This document shows positions 34,680 to 37,703 of a stretch of DNA of 37,703 bases, one piece after another (the stretch's first letter is position 1; every line of letters begins with the position of its first letter). The notes beneath the pieces were generated by a model, which was not told where the DNA came from, did not search any database, and was given only the letters and a program-made list of their open reading frames with translations. Origin of the DNA: Octopus sinensis (lineage: Eukaryota); assembly GCF_006345805.1 (NCBI RefSeq), contig NW_021835871.1, positions 1 to 37,703 of the forward strand, written 5' to 3'. Made by a program: the position numbers and the translations under genes.

Positions 34680-35095
34680 TATCTTTCTACTGAAGGCACA
34701 AGGCCTAAAGTTTTGGGGGAGGAGTAAGTTGATTATATTGACCCCAATGTTCCACTGGTACTTAATTTATAGACCTTGAAAGGATGAAAGGCAAAGTCGG
34801 CCTCGGCGGAATTTGAACTCAGAACGTAAAGACGGACGAAATACCGTTAAACATGTTACCCGGCGTGCTAACGTTTCTGCAAGCTCCTGTAATGATAATA
34901 ACCCTTTCTACTAAGGCCTGAAAGTTTGGGGGACGGAGCTAGTCGGTTAGATCTACCTCAGTACGTAACTGGTACTTAATTTTTCGACCCCGAAACGATG
35001 AAATGCAAATTCGATCTCAGAGAGTAGCGCCGGGCGAAATATCGCTAAGCATTTCTGTCAAGCGTGCTAACGATTCTGCCAGCTCAACCGCCTTT
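34680..35095 (-). mobile_element. Two tandem SINE family A copies
   Basis: Family A core reversed at ~34750 and ~34970. Confidence 0.8.
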
Positions 35096-35107
35096 TTAGT
35101 AGTAGTA

Positions 35108-35171
<64 letters not shown>

Positions 35172-35273
35172 CAACAACAATAATAATAATAACAACAACG
35201 TTAACAATGAAATTACAAATCGCCCGATGAAGTGGATGTCCCGATGCAATAATCATGCCCTGATGCAATTTAT

Positions 35274-35820
35274 GTCCTGATGTAGTACCAGGCAGTGGCT
35301 CTCATGGCTTCTGATCTTAACTGATTGGAAGTGTTATCATGTACATTGTTTTGTCTTGGTGTAAAAATGGGACTGTAGCAAATATTCTGCTCAATACCAC
35401 AGATTTGTTTGTCAGTTGTTTGACCATAACCAGTTGAGCATGTCCCTTAGTGGCTGACGATATGTGCATCTCTGATCACGAGCAGAAGTAGCGGGGAGCA
35501 TCATAGCCATGTGTTGAGAGGAATTCGTTGGTATTTGAATAACTCACCCCCGAAACATAGATGTTTCATTCAACATCCTTAAACAACCCTTATTCAGGGA
35601 CCTTTTGAGCTACTCGACCTGGAGAAAATTTTAGCTGGGCCCCACCTGCAAGATCATGCGTAGTTTATCTTGGTATGAGATCACCATGTCATGCACATAT
35701 GGTTGTGATGCATGTGTCTGGTGTACCCTTTTCAGACGGATAGTCGTGTTGGGTATATTGGGTTTCGTATATTTGTGCCCCAGCGTCACTTTGATGGCAT
35801 GTGCTTGTCTCTCACTTAAT
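35274..35820 (+). mobile_element. Element E copy 3 (more diverged)
   Basis: Homologous to 11144-11700; (TAA)n tracts on both sides. Confidence 0.85.
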
Positions 35821-35938
35821 AATAATAGGCGTGCGCCGCTCTCTCACTCAATAATAATGATAATGATAATTGTAATAATAATAATAATAATAATAATATA
35901 ATAATATGATAATGATGATGATGATAATAATAATAATA

Positions 35939-35986
<48 letters not shown>

Positions 35987-36482
35987 TTAATAAATGCAGG
36001 CGCTATTAATTAATTCATCATATCTTTATATATTTAGTTATTACTTTCAGAGTATTCCGACACACTGTTGTAGCTCGTTAACAACTGTCTAACATACAAA
36101 TAATTAATGAACAGTTGCGTGTCTTTATTAATTAACTGGCAAATTAATAATCAAATATACTTCTATTAGAATAGAGAAGCAACGTTATGAAAGACACAAA
36201 TCTCTGTCTGCCTGCCTGTCTGTCTGGCTCTCCTCAGCTTCTCTTTTGATTCTTGATAATAACACTGGTTATTCTTACCTACCTACCTACCTACCTACCT
36301 ACCTACTACCTACCTACCTACCTACCTACCTACCTACCTGTGTACTTTTCAATCTATCGATCTGCCCATTTATCTGCCTGTCTCTGTCTCTCGCTATCTA
36401 CCTTTGTTTGTCTGTCTATTTATCTGCTCTCTCTCTCTCTTTCTCTCCATTTCTCTATCTATCTCTGTCTATCCATTCATCC

Positions 36483-36578
<96 letters not shown>

Positions 36579-36640
36579 GTCTGTCTGTTGTCTGTCTGCA
36601 TGTTTGTCTCTCTCTCTATCTCTATCCATTTATCTATCTA

Positions 36641-36676
<36 letters not shown>

Positions 36677-36723
36677 TCTATTTGCCTGTCTCTGCTTCTC
36701 CTTCTCTCTCACTTTCTCTATCC

Positions 36724-36772
<49 letters not shown>

Positions 36773-36773
36773 A

Positions 36774-36838
<65 letters not shown>

Positions 36839-37351
36839 GTCTGTCTCTGTCTGTCTGCCTGTCTGTCTGCCTCCCTGTCTCTTTCTGGTCTCTGTTTCTC
36901 TCTCCTTCCCTCTCTCCCTCTCTCCCTCTCTATCTGTCAATATGTTCGCATTCACATTGGTAAGAAGGACCAGAGGGTTATTAACCAACAACCAAACAAA
37001 ACACTACTTCGAAAGACCAAATCGATTCTATTGCAAATGACTTTTCGACTTCCAGACAAAGACACAAAAAGTAGAACAAACGAAAAAGCAAAAATAAAAA
37101 AAAGAACCCGCCATCAACCAATCTCATGTCTCATGTCTTTTCATTAGCTTGAAACACACACACACACACATAAATAAAAATGTTTGATTTTATGTCAAGT
37201 TAAATATAAAAGCAATTTAACATCAAACTGAAAGATTATGTCATGTGTGTGTGTATGTATGCATATATACGTATATATATATATATATAGTATATTATAT
37301 ATATATATATTATATTATATATATATATATATATTATATATATATATATAT

Positions 37352-37615
37352 AACGTAAAATGTACTAGCCATCGCATGTGGCTAGCCACTGGGGGTGGGT
37401 GTTACTGAAGTTTTAGCCCCAGGAGATCATCGTCTCCAGCTGGCTTTAGACACACTTTAGGTTTTCGAGAGGGGATGACCTCCCTTTGTGAATATCAGAA
37501 GGGCACAGAAAGTGTGTCTAAAGCCAGCTGAAGACGATGATCTCATGAGGCTAAAAGCTTCAGTAACACCAACCCCGTGGCTAGCCACATTGAGTTGGCT
37601 AGTACACTTTACGTT
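37352..37615. mobile_element. Fold-back/MITE-like element with ~107-bp imperfect inverted arms and a 50-bp spacer
   Basis: Arms 37352-37458 and 37509-37615 (aacgtaaaatgtactagcc...gacacacttt / aaagtgtgtc...ggctagtacactttacgtt); related single arm at 3503-3555. Confidence 0.8.
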
Positions 37616-37659
37616 GTCGAGCGGTTACTGTTTACATCTCGTTCGGAGATTTATTAATG

Positions 37660-37703
<44 letters not shown>

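Overview
A very repeat-dense, essentially non-coding stretch of animal genomic DNA, either intergenic or a large intron. The SINE families look like those I associate with Octopus (coleoid cephalopod); this is an inference from pattern recognition, not a database hit. Much of the window is microsatellite ((TA)n, (CA)n, (ATCT)n, (TAA)n, (CAC)n, (GAA)n), which explains nearly all ORFs in the supplied track. The rest is four recurring tRNA-headed SINE families (labelled A-D here), three copies of a ~555-bp (TAA)n-tailed element (labelled E), and decayed coding relics of a Penelope-like GIY-YIG endonuclease, an R4/Dong-like RLE retrotransposon C-terminus and a Tigger/pogo transposase. There are also MITE/fold-back elements and a 20-bp minisatellite. 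No complete protein-coding gene, rRNA, true tRNA or CRISPR array is supported; a few short candidate exons are noted at low confidence. The standout is a 379-bp near-perfect palindrome (29439-29817; 156-bp arms, 1 mismatch). Each arm carries a structurally complete type I hammerhead ribozyme with an unusually long stem II, the centre is a 42-nt hairpin, and two decayed hammerhead-like cores flank it.
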